DNA of 64,000 nucleotides from Nannocystales bacterium (lineage in GTDB: Bacteria; Myxococcota_A; Polyangia; Nannocystales; Nannocystaceae): positions 224,001 through 288,000 of the forward strand of contig JBOEGF010000004.1 of assembly GCA_050633305.1 (NCBI GenBank). Reading direction: 5' to 3'. A program made the position numbers and the translations under genes. The notes under the pieces were generated by a model. The model saw nothing but the letters and a program-made list of their open reading frames with translations, searched no databases and was not told where the DNA came from. Of the stretch, positions 55,114 to 64,000 are shown one piece after another. The first letter of the stretch is position 1. Each line of letters opens with the position of its first letter.

Positions 55114-57123
55114 CTAACGGAGGATGTTCCTGATTCGGAACCGCTTCTTCGACTTGCGTTTCGACGCTTTGGCTGGGGCGGCGTAGCCACGAGGCACGAA
55201 CTCGGGGTCGCCCGGGGCGTCCGAGAGTGCGTCGAGCACAGCGTCTCGGCGATCGTTGAGATCGGTGCACTCCGCCTCGGTCTCATCCGCCCCCGGTGCG
55301 GGGACCTCGGCTGCCCGCAGTGTCTTACGGTAGGAGGCGGAGGGGGCTGCCTCCATCGAATCCAAGGTGGCGCCGTACAGCCTGCACGGACGATCGGTCG
55401 TTCCGGCCTGCCACAAGTCGAGGCATCGATGTTCGATCGGGTCCCAGGTCTCCGCCGTCGCGCCCGTGTCCCGCAGCGCAGCCAGGAGCCGCTCTCGTTG
55501 CTCGTACGGAAGGGCGGTCCTTCGACTCCCCAGCAGCGCGCGTGTCCAGTCCTCGAGCATCGGGTCGCCGTGTGTCAGGACCAATCCCAGGAGCGTGTCC
55601 GGAACCACGGAGCGCTCCAGTTCTCCGACGATGAAGGCCTGAACCTCCGCGTCGTGGATCCGTTTGGGATCGAGCTCCAGGGTGCGCAAGAGCAACTCGG
55701 CGCGGGGTTGCGAGTATCGTCCTCGTTTCCCCTCCGCCAGCGCGGCGCGCCAGACGACGGCGGGATCGTCAGGAAAGGCCCCGAGAAGAGGGGCAAGCAG
55801 GCTTCGAGCCTGGGTCCGAGCCCCGGCGGCAAGCTTGGCGTCGACGGCAGCGAGGGCAGAGGCCTCCGCCCGGCTCGCCGGGAGGCCCACGGCGACGTCC
55901 TCCGAGGCGGCTGCGGACGGGCTCGTGCTCCACATGGAGCGCGCGGCGAGCAAGCCCACAAGCGCTGTCGCTCCCACCGCGATTCCGACGATAGGTCGGC
56001 GCTGAAGGCCGAACGGGAGGCTGCTGCGTGCGGGCGGTGATGACGGTTCGTCATCGGGAGGCTCGATACGGGCACGTGTCTCTTTCGCCGGGACGACGAG
56101 TGCGGCCGCGGTGGGAGCCGCCGGCTCGACGCTCGTGGCCTCAGGGGACACCGCGGCGACCGTCGGGCTGTCCGCCCCCTCCGAATCCGCCGCGCGGGGC
56201 ATCGTCGGGGTACGCAAGCCTCCGTGTCGGCGCAACTCTGCGCGGGCCTGCTGCACCGCGAGAAGGGCGGCGGCAGCGTCCTCATAACGATCGTCGGGAC
56301 TCTTTGCGAGCAGCCTGCGAAGCACCTTTGAGACCGGAGGCGCGACAGGAAGCTCAGGCGGCGGCTCACGGACGTGCTGGCGAAGCACCTCCATCACATT
56401 TTTTGCCGCAAATGGGACCGCGCCGCTGAGCATCTCGAACAGGATGATGCCGGCGCTGTAGAGGTCGGTCCGCCCATCGACCGGGTGCCCGGTGGCTTGT
56501 TCGGGGCTCATGTACGCTGGCGTCCCGAAGATCATGCCCATCTGCGTGAGCGGAGCATCGCCGCTGGCTTGGACCATTTTCGCGATTCCGAAGTCGACCA
56601 GCTTGAGTATTCTGCCGCCCTCCGGGACGTCGCAGGCAAAGACGTTTTCGGGTTTCAGGTCGCGGTGCACCACGCCGCGCGCGTGAGCATGGGCGATGGC
56701 CGCGAGCATCTCTTCGAGCCACCCCATTGCGACCGGAGCAGGTGCGGGCCCGTCCTTCCGAAGCAGGTCCGACAGCTCGGCACCGCGCAGCCGTTCCATG
56801 ACCAGGAACGCAACTGGGGTGTCCAAGCGCGGGACCTCAGCCGTCCCCACGTCGTACATTTTGACGATGCCCACGTGTTCGAGCCGGGAAACAGCGCGAG
56901 CTTCTTGCTCAAACCGGGCGCGGACCTGAGCGTCGGAGACGAACGCCGGCTTGAGAACTTTGATCGCGATGGCGCGGTCGAGGCCCAGGTGGTGCCCGTG
57001 AAACACCAGCGCCATCCCGCCTTCGCCCAACACTCCATCGATCCGGTAGCGCTCAGCAAGCACCACACCGAGCATGGCGTCCTCGAGCGAGGCGGGCGGG
57101 GTAGGGGGCGGCACGTCAGTCAT
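55114..57123 (-). CDS. Hanks-type Ser/Thr protein kinase with TM segment and helical C-terminal domain
   Basis: LGEGGMA, IAIK, HRDLKPEN, DFG, GTPAYMSPE. Confidence 0.92.
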   Translation of the reverse strand: MTDVPPPTPPASLEDAMLGVVLAERYRIDGVLGEGGMALVFHGHHLGLDRAIAIKVLKPAFVSDAQVRARFEQEARAVSRLEHVGIVKMYDVGTAEVPRLDTPVAFLVMERLRGAELSDLLRKDGPAPAPVAMGWLEEMLAAIAHAHARGVVHRDLKPENVFACDVPEGGRILKLVDFGIAKMVQASGDAPLTQMGMIFGTPAYMSPEQATGHPVDGRTDLYSAGIILFEMLSGAVPFAAKNVMEVLRQHVREPPPELPVAPPVSKVLRRLLAKSPDDRYEDAAAALLAVQQARAELRRHGGLRTPTMPRAADSEGADSPTVAAVSPEATSVEPAAPTAAALVVPAKETRARIEPPDDEPSSPPARSSLPFGLQRRPIVGIAVGATALVGLLAARSMWSTSPSAAASEDVAVGLPASRAEASALAAVDAKLAAGARTQARSLLAPLLGAFPDDPAVVWRAALAEGKRGRYSQPRAELLLRTLELDPKRIHDAEVQAFIVGELERSVVPDTLLGLVLTHGDPMLEDWTRALLGSRRTALPYEQRERLLAALRDTGATAETWDPIEHRCLDLWQAGTTDRPCRLYGATLDSMEAAPSASYRKTLRAAEVPAPGADETEAECTDLNDRRDAVLDALSDAPGDPEFVPRGYAAPAKASKRKSKKRFRIRNILR

Positions 57124-57147
57124 CGCAGGGGCGAGGGACAGATTTTA

Positions 57148-57939
57148 TCAGAGCCCGACGCGCACACCGCGGTCCTTGCAAAACGTCCGCAGCGTCTTGC
57201 GATGCTCGTCCCCGAGCTTGAACGACCGCACGATCTCCCGCGCGTTCTTCTCGTCACGTAGCCGGCACGCCGAGCGCCCGCGGAGCATCTGGGCCTTGTC
57301 CTTGGGCTTCGCGCGTTGGCTGCGTGTCGCCAAGCGATACGCGTCTTTGTAGCGCCTGTCGTCATACGCCTCGGTCGCTGCGGTGAGCAGCTCGTCTGCA
57401 TCCATCTTTGCCTCAGCGTCACGGTCGGATTGGGTACGACCACTCGGGGGCGGCGTGGAGTCTGAGGGGGCCGAGTCGGCCGCGACCTCAGACTTCTCCG
57501 AGGCTTCGGGGTCGGCGCCCGCGATGTGCGAGGTCCCGACATCGGGGTCCATCAAGACAACGTCCTGCGACTCTTCCTGCTCGGCTTCTTCTTCCGCCGG
57601 CGGTGTTTCGTCCTCCGCGCCACCAGGGGGAGGGACAGGGGCTCCTTCGAGAGCGGGCTCGTGGGCTCTCTGCGAGGAGTCTTGCGCGGCGTCTTCGGCC
57701 GCCGCCTGATCCTCGTCGGTGGCTGTAGCCTGAGATCGCGAGACCGGACCGTCCGCGTTGGGTTCAGCGGCTGCGACCACCGTCGCTGGCGCGACATCCG
57801 TCGTCGAGCCGGTCTCCACGCTGAGCGCAGAAAGAACCGCGAGCAGGAGTCCCGCCGCCGCGCCCAGCCCCCCCACGGCTGGCGCCGACAGGGTGTTCAC
57901 GCGATCAAGAAAGGACGTTGCCGCCGGCTCGTCGCTCAT
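57148..57939 (-). CDS. Hypothetical membrane-anchored protein with acidic linker and short TPR-like C-terminus
   Basis: TM segment GLGAAAGLLLAVLSAL; AYDDRRYKDAYRLA...SAC...FC. Confidence 0.65.
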   Translation of the reverse strand: MSDEPAATSFLDRVNTLSAPAVGGLGAAAGLLLAVLSALSVETGSTTDVAPATVVAAAEPNADGPVSRSQATATDEDQAAAEDAAQDSSQRAHEPALEGAPVPPPGGAEDETPPAEEEAEQEESQDVVLMDPDVGTSHIAGADPEASEKSEVAADSAPSDSTPPPSGRTQSDRDAEAKMDADELLTAATEAYDDRRYKDAYRLATRSQRAKPKDKAQMLRGRSACRLRDEKNAREIVRSFKLGDEHRKTLRTFCKDRGVRVGL

Positions 57940-58069
57940 GGACGGAAGCATACCTGCGTGCTTGCGCCCCTGCTCAGCGCCGCAAAAACACCCTCTCAGA
58001 CGCTCGCCGCGGCCCCACTTGCAGAGGCCTCCCGGCGACGGGGAAGGCGTCGATCGAGGCGCGTGAACT

Positions 58070-58096
58070 GGCGGCCCCCACAGAGTATGGGCCGCC
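58070..58096 (-). terminator. GC-rich hairpin GGCGGCCC-N11-GGGCCGCC downstream of the 1204-aa gene
   Basis: 8-bp stem just past the stop codon; no U-tract. Confidence 0.3.
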
Positions 58097-58118
58097 GCTC
58101 ACTCTGCGTTGCGCGATG

Positions 58119-61100
58119 TCAGCAGCAGTCGTGGTCGACGGCGGCCAGCGGTGACGTGCGAAGGATCCGGACGTTGCCCAGCTGGGCGCCCAGCGGGTCG
58201 GTGAACGTGCCGTTGGGCTCGGGTAGGAGCTCCACTGCCAGGGCGCTCAGCGGGCTCTTTCTAGGCAACCCGGCCGAGTCGAGCGCACTGTCGACCTCCG
58301 GGCGGGTCCACGCAGTGCCCGCCATCGGTAGGCGAGACACAGAAATGCCGTCGCTACGGGGGATCCTGGAGGCGCGTCGTAGACCTATCTGGATGTTGCG
58401 ACGTGTCGATCCGTCGGCCTGCATGACCCGGGCGTACAAGACGAACCACATCTCGGTGTTGGACGGATCGGCCGCCGCCTGGCGCAGACCGACGTAGGGC
58501 GTGGCGAACGGAGCGAGCAGTGCCACGGTTCCGTGGGGCCGCGTGAGGGTGGTGCAGCGCAGCTCCGGCGCGGGGTGTTGCACGCCTTCGAGCAGGAGGG
58601 GTTGTCCGAAGCGGCCCTGGGCGGTCGTCCACAGCGGATTGTCCAGGGGGCCGCGGTCGTGGCCCACGCGGAACTCGTAGGTGAAGAACGCGAACAGCTC
58701 GGGTGAGGAGGGATCCGTGTTCGGCGGCAAGGGCAACAAGAACCGCCGGTCCGAGTCGGCCGCGGGCTCGAGCTTCTGCATGGACGCCAGTCCTGCGAGG
58801 TCCTGCACCTGCCCGGGCGTGATGACGCGGACCAGCTCCGGATCGATCGGGATGCTCTCGACCACGTCGGGGTCCGCGAGCGGCTCCGCGTTGGGCAGGA
58901 GCATCGGGTCGGGCGAGCGGGCCAGGGCTCGCGCGAAGCAAGCATCGCGCGGGTCGGCGAGGGGCTCGTCGAACTCGATCCATAGGCGTTTCGTCCGGGG
59001 CGCGGTCTCGTCGTACTCGGAGTCACGCTCATAGGGCGTGAGCGCGATGCCTGCCGCGACGACCTTGGGCACCTGTCGAGGCGGGGTGACGATAGGCAGG
59101 ACGCTTTCGACCGTCTGGGTGACCTCGCCGCCGTCCTCGATCGCCAGCTTGAAGGTGTAGGCGATTTCGACCTCGTGCGGGCGCCGGGTCACATCGAGTG
59201 GGGGCGGCAGTGCGTCGATGAAGACCAGCCGCATGTACGTGCGGTCGGGGTCCTGTCGGGCTTGCACGTTGACCGTGGGCATCAGCTCGATACAACCGAC
59301 TTCGGTGACCTCCGCAGGGAGCGACGGCTGCATCGGGTTGGAGACCGAGCGAATCACCTTCACCGCGGGGGTTCCCGCCCCACGCCACGTCCAGTCACGC
59401 GCGATGACCGCTTGTGCGACGTTGAGCCACTGTTCGGCGAGTTCGCTCGGCTCGGCCATTTCGAGGCTGGTGAGGTCGGGTGCCGCGTGATGCGTGAGCC
59501 CCGAGCAGCCGAAGGCCACCCGCTGTCCGGGTTGGCCCACCAGCAAATCGCCGTCGGCCACGAGTTCCGCAGCCTCGGCCAAGCGCCCCAGCAGCACCGG
59601 GGAAGGGTCGTTTTGGGCGACGACGGGGCGCACGTCTGCACTGCCACCGGTGGGGTCGGGCCGCAGGAATACCGAGCGCAGCATATCCGAGGGCGGCAGG
59701 GTGGCCAGAACGTCCAGCTCGGCACTGAGGCTCGCCCGGGCGTGCATGTCGATGCTGTCGGACTCGCCGAAGCGGGCTTGCTCGTCGCCGAAGTACGTCA
59801 GGTCGTCACGCCCGGCGGCGAAGACCTCGATACGGACGTCTCGTGCGGTGGGGACGAGCACGGGCCCGGTGATGGTGCCGTCGGCTCCGAGCTGCGCGCT
59901 CATGTCGTGGGCAGCCAGGTCGGGGATGTCTTGCCAGGTCAACTCGACCTCCAGCGTCTGGTCCGGATCCGGCGGAAACGCGCGACCCGTCTCGTACCAC
60001 CGGACGTAGCCATCCTCGTCCGCAGCTGGATCGTAGGTCGGTGCTTTCACGCTGACGCGGATTCGTGCGAACGCCACGTCGACGTCCCGAATCCCGGCCG
60101 GGGTCGCATTCGCTGGATCGGCATCGTTGCTGGCGATCTGGGCCAGCAACGTCGGACGGACGGAGGGCCCCGCGGCGAAGACTGCCTCGGGGTACCCCAG
60201 GAGCGGACGGTCGAGGCGAATTCGGTCGGTCCGGCCGTCCACCCCAACCGCAAAGGGTCGAATCGGCAGGCGTCCGGGGCGACGCCTGCGCTTGAAGTGC
60301 AGGTTCCCGATCGGTGACTCTCCGGGACGCGACGGCACGTCGTCGACCTCGGGACCCCCGCCGGTGGTGTCCGCCAAGCGCACGCGGAACTCGTAGCGTT
60401 GCCCGTAGCGAAGCGGAACGTCGTCGGCGCCCGTAGGCACCTCGGGGACGGCGGGCCCCGGCGGCACCTCCATGAGGCGCTGTTCGTCGTTGGTGTCGAT
60501 GACAAGCGACGAGCCGCGCCACTTGGCGAACCACGCGGGAAGCCACAGCTGGTCGGCGTTGGCGGTGGGGACGACCTCGGTCCAGCGCTCCTCTTCCGCG
60601 ACGCCCAGGTCGACGCCGACGGCGAGGGGGGCGTTCACCCGCGAGAGCGAATGCCACTTGCTATCGCCGTCCTTGCGGACGTCGACCCGATACCCCAGCA
60701 CGCCGCGCGGAGCGATCACGGCGTCTTCCCCTGCGGGAGGCGCCCCCAGCGACCGGTTCTGGCCCTCCAGGATGTCCTCGTCGTCCCATGCCAGCTGCAC
60801 GCCTTCGTCGCGCGGCACCGGTGGCCCGTTGCCGTCTTCGTCGAGCACGTCGGCGCTCAGCGGCTGGCGGGCGTGCACCACCTTCGAGAAGCCGTCGTCG
60901 AACCTCAGGGCTTCGACGAACACCTTGTCGAAGTTCCCCGCGGCTGCGGCTGCGGCTGCGGTCCCAAACACCGGAAAGACCACCGGGGTGAACAGCGCGC
61001 GGTTCTGCGTGGGGTCGAGCGGGGGCACGCGAGTCGCGAACGAACGCGTGTAGCCGGGGGTGGAGGTGGCTGCGCCCGCGAAGCTGCTGGAGGGGGCAAG

Positions 61101-61733
61101 GTCGAACCACAGCCATCCGCCGTTCTCGAGGCGAGGTGCGGCGTCGACCGTCAGCTCGATCTCGTGTACGAGGGCCAACGCCTCGGCCAGACGCGGACGT
61201 CGCAGCGCGAACGCAAGCGCCTCCCCCCACCCGATGACGTTGGGGGCGACCGGCGGAGTCGCCTCGGGCGGGCAGCGCATCGCGCAGTGGTAGGTGTCAT
61301 CGATGACCGCGAGTTCGGTGCGAGGCTTCACGAACGCGAACGAGCGCCGGTAGCTGCGGGGCAGGTACTTGCGAATCTGTACCGTGAGGTCCCGTGACTG
61401 CGGGGAGAAGGTGTCGGCTGCTGGGGCGTCTGGGATCGACAGCGCTGTCTTGATCGCACCGAAGATGGTGCGAGCGTCGGGGGCCGCCACCGTGGAACCC
61501 GAGGGCCACGTTTGCGCCTGGTGCACGTTGACACGCTGCGGCAGCGCCTCGACGGCGTCGGAGATCGACGCTTCGAAGGCGAGCTTTGCGTCCGAGAACG
61601 CGGGCTCTCCGGGCGACAAGGCTTCGAGCGGGTTGCCCGTGGGGGCCAGGAGAAGGCGGACCTTCAGCGTGCGGGACACGTGATCCCAGGACTGCAGGTA
61701 GGGAACGAGGGTGATCTTGTGAGGCGTTGCCAT
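58119..61733 (-). CDS. Large hypothetical protein (1204 aa), Pro-rich, with possible FN3/Ig-like domains
   Basis: Long ORF with natural composition; GAGGA RBS; GYRVDVR...W and LRYGQRYEFRVRLAD..GGG strands; no signal peptide. Confidence 0.85.
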   Translation of the reverse strand: MATPHKITLVPYLQSWDHVSRTLKVRLLLAPTGNPLEALSPGEPAFSDAKLAFEASISDAVEALPQRVNVHQAQTWPSGSTVAAPDARTIFGAIKTALSIPDAPAADTFSPQSRDLTVQIRKYLPRSYRRSFAFVKPRTELAVIDDTYHCAMRCPPEATPPVAPNVIGWGEALAFALRRPRLAEALALVHEIELTVDAAPRLENGGWLWFDLAPSSSFAGAATSTPGYTRSFATRVPPLDPTQNRALFTPVVFPVFGTAAAAAAAGNFDKVFVEALRFDDGFSKVVHARQPLSADVLDEDGNGPPVPRDEGVQLAWDDEDILEGQNRSLGAPPAGEDAVIAPRGVLGYRVDVRKDGDSKWHSLSRVNAPLAVGVDLGVAEEERWTEVVPTANADQLWLPAWFAKWRGSSLVIDTNDEQRLMEVPPGPAVPEVPTGADDVPLRYGQRYEFRVRLADTTGGGPEVDDVPSRPGESPIGNLHFKRRRRPGRLPIRPFAVGVDGRTDRIRLDRPLLGYPEAVFAAGPSVRPTLLAQIASNDADPANATPAGIRDVDVAFARIRVSVKAPTYDPAADEDGYVRWYETGRAFPPDPDQTLEVELTWQDIPDLAAHDMSAQLGADGTITGPVLVPTARDVRIEVFAAGRDDLTYFGDEQARFGESDSIDMHARASLSAELDVLATLPPSDMLRSVFLRPDPTGGSADVRPVVAQNDPSPVLLGRLAEAAELVADGDLLVGQPGQRVAFGCSGLTHHAAPDLTSLEMAEPSELAEQWLNVAQAVIARDWTWRGAGTPAVKVIRSVSNPMQPSLPAEVTEVGCIELMPTVNVQARQDPDRTYMRLVFIDALPPPLDVTRRPHEVEIAYTFKLAIEDGGEVTQTVESVLPIVTPPRQVPKVVAAGIALTPYERDSEYDETAPRTKRLWIEFDEPLADPRDACFARALARSPDPMLLPNAEPLADPDVVESIPIDPELVRVITPGQVQDLAGLASMQKLEPAADSDRRFLLPLPPNTDPSSPELFAFFTYEFRVGHDRGPLDNPLWTTAQGRFGQPLLLEGVQHPAPELRCTTLTRPHGTVALLAPFATPYVGLRQAAADPSNTEMWFVLYARVMQADGSTRRNIQIGLRRASRIPRSDGISVSRLPMAGTAWTRPEVDSALDSAGLPRKSPLSALAVELLPEPNGTFTDPLGAQLGNVRILRTSPLAAVDHDCC

Positions 61734-61751
61734 TGTTCTTCCTCGCGAAAG

Positions 61752-64000
61752 TCAGAGGGTTGTGGTGTCCGAAACGGTGTAAGAGGCGCTGATGGAGAAG
61801 ATGAGGAAGATGTCGACCTGAACCTTGACGGAGCCCGAGTAGTCGCACTTCGTCGCCCCTGCATCGTCGTAGCAGAGGCCCTTGAGTTCGGCCCGAACCT
61901 TGACCTTGACGATGGTGAAGTCGATGCCTGCCTCCAGGGCAACGAGGCCCCCATACTTCGCTTTGTCGTTGGTGATGTCGTAGCTGAGGATGAAGCCAAC
62001 GCCGAGGTAGGCGTAGGCTTTGAAGGGCCCGATGGCTCCCTCAACCCCGACGCCGGCGAAAGCGTTGAGGGCGAGCTTCTCCGAGGTCGCTCCGCCCGCG
62101 ATGCTGTCGATGGCGAAGTCGGCCCCAACCGAGACGATCACGAAGACGGACGCGATACCGATCGAGAGCACGGGAATCTTGCCCTCGAGCGCAAGTCCGA
62201 ACTTGCCTGAGTTCTTGACGAGGCCGGTGTCTTTGTCGAAGCCCGTGGAAGCGGCCAGCTTCAGCTTCAGCTTCAGGTCAGCGCCCGCGAACAGCGTGAT
62301 CGAAACCCGAGGGACATCGACCTTGAGCGAGGCCTCGAACTTGAACTCGTGCTTGGCGTTGGTGGTGCCCAGCTCGATAGGTCCGTCTGTGCCGCGCTGG
62401 CCGAACAGGGGGATGAACTGCAGGATCGACTCAATGTCGTCGTGGACGAGGGACTCGATCTCGGCAATCTGTGGCCGCTGCTGGGTGGACCCCACGACCC
62501 GCAAGCGAGAGCCGCTGATCCGCTCCATGCCGGCGATGTCGTTATAGATCTCCAGTCCCGTGAACTCCGCCTCCCAATGACCGTGGTCGATGACCATCCG
62601 CAACGTGGCGTGGTCGTAGTTCATCTTGGTGCCGTGCCCGTTCTCGCCCGAGAGGCGCAGCGGCGTGGGGTGGCCCGCGATATTGATCGGAGACGACAGG
62701 GAGAGGGTTCCGCTCGGCGCGACGTCGAAGAACAGCGTGCCCGGCAAGTCGATGGTGTTCGGCGGGGGGGGGAACGCGCCCTTGGACGTGGTTCGCGCGA
62801 TGACGTCAGCCAAGGCGGGCGTCCCCCCGGTCTGCAGCTGATTGCTCCCGGTGCTTGAGATCAACGGCCGGGGGAACAGGAACGCGTGGGTCGGCGTGCT
62901 CTGCAGAAGCGCGTACTCCTGTTCGGGGGGGCTCAACTCGTACAAGTCGGCGGGGTCGGCGAATCGATAGGGCCCCGCCAAACCCGTGAGCGGAGGCTCG
63001 GCGAAGACGGCCTGGCTCGCCGTGGGGTAGGTCACCGGATAGCGGCGGATCAGGGGGACACCACGACCCTCGCTGACGGGCACGGCTTCGCGGTGCTCGT
63101 CGGCGACGCCGGCGACGGGGCGCTTGACCACCGACCAGGCACCCGTGGTGGGAAGGCGGGGGACGCCCCGCACCGTCGCGACCAACACCGGGCCACCCAT
63201 GTCCATAGCTATCGCGACTTCGAGTCGCCGCACTCGGAACGGCAGGCCGCTGTTGCCCACGTCGATCCACACGTCGAGCGGGCCTCCAACCGCCCCCTGC
63301 GACTCGACGAGGTCTCGCAGGGCTGCGCCCGAGGCTGGCTCCCCGTCGGGCGTCGTCTGCAGATACCCCAGCATGCCGATCGCCTGGGTCCGTCCGGAAG
63401 CCCCGTCCAGCGCGACGTTCGCGTCAAAGTAGTAGGGGATGAACGTGGCGCCACCCGAGGAGACCTCGGTCCCGGGCGCAGGTCGGATCGAGCGCACGTC
63501 AAACATGCCGCGGAACACCCCGGCGTCGAATCGATACGGCGCGTTGAGGATGTTTCCGGTCGTGTCCGCGTAGCGGTAGTCGAACATGCCCGGGGTGATG
63601 GGCTGCCAGCCCGAATCGCGCCGGACGACCCCGCCGCCGGGACGGCGCTCGATCGTGACCGACCGGGTGACGCGAATGCCCCACGGGTGCAGGACGCTGT
63701 TGACCTTGATGATCTCCATCGCGGTTCGGCCCTTGATCACGCTGAACTGCACCTTCGCCGTCTCGGCGAAGGCGGCGAACGGGTTCTCCCACTCGCTGAA
63801 GTTCGAGGCCCCGTAGCCCGAGATGTCGAACCGGGTGACCGGGACCCGCGGGTTCGAGGCCATGTCGTTGTTGAACACTGTCTCGACGTTGCTCGATGGG
63901 TCAGCGGTCGAACCCAGCACCGAGAGGCCCAAGGGCGCGCCGGTGGCCAGGTCGACACCATTGATCACCTGTCGCATCGCGCCCTCGAACGTGGGCGAGA
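61752..64000 (-). CDS. C-terminal part (>741 aa) of a very large beta-rich hypothetical protein, 5' end outside the window
   Basis: Frame stays open past ATG 63977 to the edge (...SPTFEGAMRQ); C-terminal run of Gly/hydrophobic alternating strands. Confidence 0.85.
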   Translation of the reverse strand, partial: SPTFEGAMRQVINGVDLATGAPLGLSVLGSTADPSSNVETVFNNDMASNPRVPVTRFDISGYGASNFSEWENPFAAFAETAKVQFSVIKGRTAMEIIKVNSVLHPWGIRVTRSVTIERRPGGGVVRRDSGWQPITPGMFDYRYADTTGNILNAPYRFDAGVFRGMFDVRSIRPAPGTEVSSGGATFIPYYFDANVALDGASGRTQAIGMLGYLQTTPDGEPASGAALRDLVESQGAVGGPLDVWIDVGNSGLPFRVRRLEVAIAMDMGGPVLVATVRGVPRLPTTGAWSVVKRPVAGVADEHREAVPVSEGRGVPLIRRYPVTYPTASQAVFAEPPLTGLAGPYRFADPADLYELSPPEQEYALLQSTPTHAFLFPRPLISSTGSNQLQTGGTPALADVIARTTSKGAFPPPPNTIDLPGTLFFDVAPSGTLSLSSPINIAGHPTPLRLSGENGHGTKMNYDHATLRMVIDHGHWEAEFTGLEIYNDIAGMERISGSRLRVVGSTQQRPQIAEIESLVHDDIESILQFIPLFGQRGTDGPIELGTTNAKHEFKFEASLKVDVPRVSITLFAGADLKLKLKLAASTGFDKDTGLVKNSGKFGLALEGKIPVLSIGIASVFVIVSVGADFAIDSIAGGATSEKLALNAFAGVGVEGAIGPFKAYAYLGVGFILSYDITNDKAKYGGLVALEAGIDFTIVKVKVRAELKGLCYDDAGATKCDYSGSVKVQVDIFLIFSISASYTVSDTTTL

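Noticed and set aside
1..64000. CRISPR arrays, tRNA/rRNA genes, riboswitches, IS elements, prophage
   Set aside because: None recognisable by eye and intergenic gaps are short; Infernal/Rfam and tRNAscan-SE would be needed to exclude small RNAs.

Overview
High-GC bacterial chromosomal window, gene-dense, with about 42 supportable CDSs. No rRNA, tRNA, CRISPR array, transposase or integrase is recognisable by eye. The gene content points to Myxococcota, probably Nannocystaceae-like (inference): Hanks kinases with TPR tails, lipoproteins with Ser/Thr linkers, a CGDG cysteine repeat and a mevalonate pathway. Main blocks, left to right: (1) DsbD-like protein, a degenerate retropepsin-like lipoprotein, MlaC and TolC; (2) a one-strand operon fni-mvk-mvaD-[phosphomevalonate kinase::HMG-CoA reductase fusion]-hpnC-hpnD-hpnE covering most steps from HMG-CoA to squalene; (3) gluQ, a prolyl oligopeptidase, an FG-GAP lipoprotein, valS, cutA, a KamA-like radical SAM enzyme, mscS and a serine hydrolase; (4) a DprE1/DprE2-like pair, a Ser/Thr kinase, dtd and a GT2; (5) two ~1250-aa TPR/DUF3857/transglutaminase-like paralogues, one with an intact triad and one degenerate, followed by a HEXXH peptidase; (6) a putative beta-barrel porin coupled to a 13-heme cytochrome c; (7) lepA-lepB, where LepB carries a ~458-aa three-repeat insertion inside box E; (8) a second kinase and two very large unknown proteins, the last running off the right edge. 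Ten genes have a TANNNT hexamer 6-8 nt before the start codon, suggesting leaderless transcripts. All family calls come from motif recognition by eye; no database searches were run.
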